A stretch of 64,000 nucleotides of DNA from Gemmatimonadales bacterium. Lineage in GTDB: Bacteria > Gemmatimonadota > Gemmatimonadetes > Gemmatimonadales > GWC2-71-9. The stretch spans positions 59,277 through 123,276 of the forward strand of contig JBBDNM010000037.1 in assembly GCA_040877595.1 (NCBI GenBank), in the 5' to 3' direction. Shown one piece after another: positions 63,323 to 64,000 of the stretch. Position numbers and translations under genes: made by a program. Every line of letters begins with the position of its first letter. The stretch's first letter is position 1. The notes under the pieces were generated by a model that was not told the DNA's origin, did not search any database, and was given only the letters and a program-made list of their open reading frames with translations.

Positions 63323-64000
63323 TCAACCAAGTATGGAATAGGCATACCGCCCGGTAAACGGCAGCCCTCGCTGGAACCTGTCGGGCCGGAGCGGGCCGAG
63401 GTCGTACGGGCTGCCGGTTCCCAGAAGCTCGCCCGCCACCGACCGCCCGATGGACGGTGCCAACTTGAACCCATGGCCCGAGAATCCGGCACAGAGATAC
63501 AGTCCTTGGGGGCCGGCCGGACCGATCACCGGGTGCCAATCGGGGGTCACCGCGTAGAGGGCGCCGTACCCGCCAAACCGGGTGGCCCGCTCAAGCGGTG
63601 GCAAGCGCCGGGCCGCACGACCGTGGGCCAGTCGCACATAGGCGCCCGAGACCCCCTCGTCAAAATCATCAGGATCGGCGCGCAGGGCCTCGTGCGGCAG
63701 TATGGACCCGACGTGGGTGGTGTCGGCGTGTTTGGCATAGAACTCGTGAACAAAGTCGATGATGACCGGTCCCGCCCACATCTCGCCGGGACGACGGAGG
63801 ACCGCGCACTCGACCCGTCGCGGCTCCACGCCGGTCTCCCAGCCGACCGTGGCCATGACCCGCTGGGCCCAGGGCCCGGCGGCCACCACGACCCGATCCG
63901 CCTCGACCGACGAGCCGTCAGCCAGGCGCACGCCGCGGACGGCGCTGTCGTGGACGATCTCGGCGACCGGCGAGCCCTCGCGGATTTCACCACCCAGCCG
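63323..64000 (-). CDS. FAD-dependent oxidoreductase (DAO/sarcosine-oxidase-like); N-terminus beyond the right edge
   Basis: The frame stays open to nt 64000 ('...GGEIREGSPVAEIVHDSAVRGVRLADGSSVEADRVVVAAGPW'). 'YLCAGFSGHGFKLAPSIG' is typical of the DAO-family C-terminus. Confidence 0.7.
   Translation of the reverse strand, partial: RLGGEIREGSPVAEIVHDSAVRGVRLADGSSVEADRVVVAAGPWAQRVMATVGWETGVEPRRVECAVLRRPGEMWAGPVIIDFVHEFYAKHADTTHVGSILPHEALRADPDDFDEGVSGAYVRLAHGRAARRLPPLERATRFGGYGALYAVTPDWHPVIGPAGPQGLYLCAGFSGHGFKLAPSIGRSVAGELLGTGSPYDLGPLRPDRFQRGLPFTGRYAYSILG

Overview
64-kb, roughly 68-70% GC, gene-dense bacterial chromosomal window. I call about 65 protein-coding genes, many joined by ATGA/GTGA/TGATG start-stop overlaps. 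By eye I found no rRNA, tRNA, CRISPR array, transposase or integrase. All calls rest on motifs I could read in the translated ORFs; no database search or HMM was run. The ORF track prints M for GTG/TTG starts and often over-extends N-termini, so several starts are re-set here. The gene content (SprA-like giant outer-membrane protein, TMTC-like GT-C/TPR proteins, type IV pilus genes) suggests an FCB-group, Gemmatimonadota-like organism, but this is unverified. Left to right: (1) a type IV pilus regulatory and structural region. It runs PilS-like kinase, PilR-like sigma54 activator, then a seven-gene membrane glycosyltransferase/sulfatase/methyltransferase block, then a good sigma54 -24/-12 promoter, two tandem PilA-like pilins and a second kinase. 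(2) cyclophilin, then a symporter / nucleotidyltransferase / GHMP kinase / GH109-like operon that looks like sugar salvage. (3) a radical SAM/SPASM gene with two small membrane proteins. (4) a long minus-strand array: sprA-like (2049 aa), glutaminyl-cyclase-like M28 lipoprotein, comEA, pilB, pilT, pilC. (5) lptF/lptG, nhaC, ctaA, an M24 peptidase, an ECF sigma/ZAS anti-sigma pair, an aquaporin and others. (6) STAS, REC, ccmA, ccmB, ccmC and an unlisted ccmD. (7) acs, then a small accessory islet with Uma2 and an AbiEii-like nucleotidyltransferase. (8) a frameshifted Big_2/Kelch lipoprotein, VKOR-DsbA, OsmC and a cNMP-binding protein. (9) a five-gene coupled operon of TPR protein, ABC ATPase, permease and two M16 peptidases. 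The most interesting candidate is the GT-C/GT2/sulfatase block between pilSR and pilA, a possible pilin modification system. Next are the sprA / glutaminyl-cyclase coupling and the M16/ABC operon.
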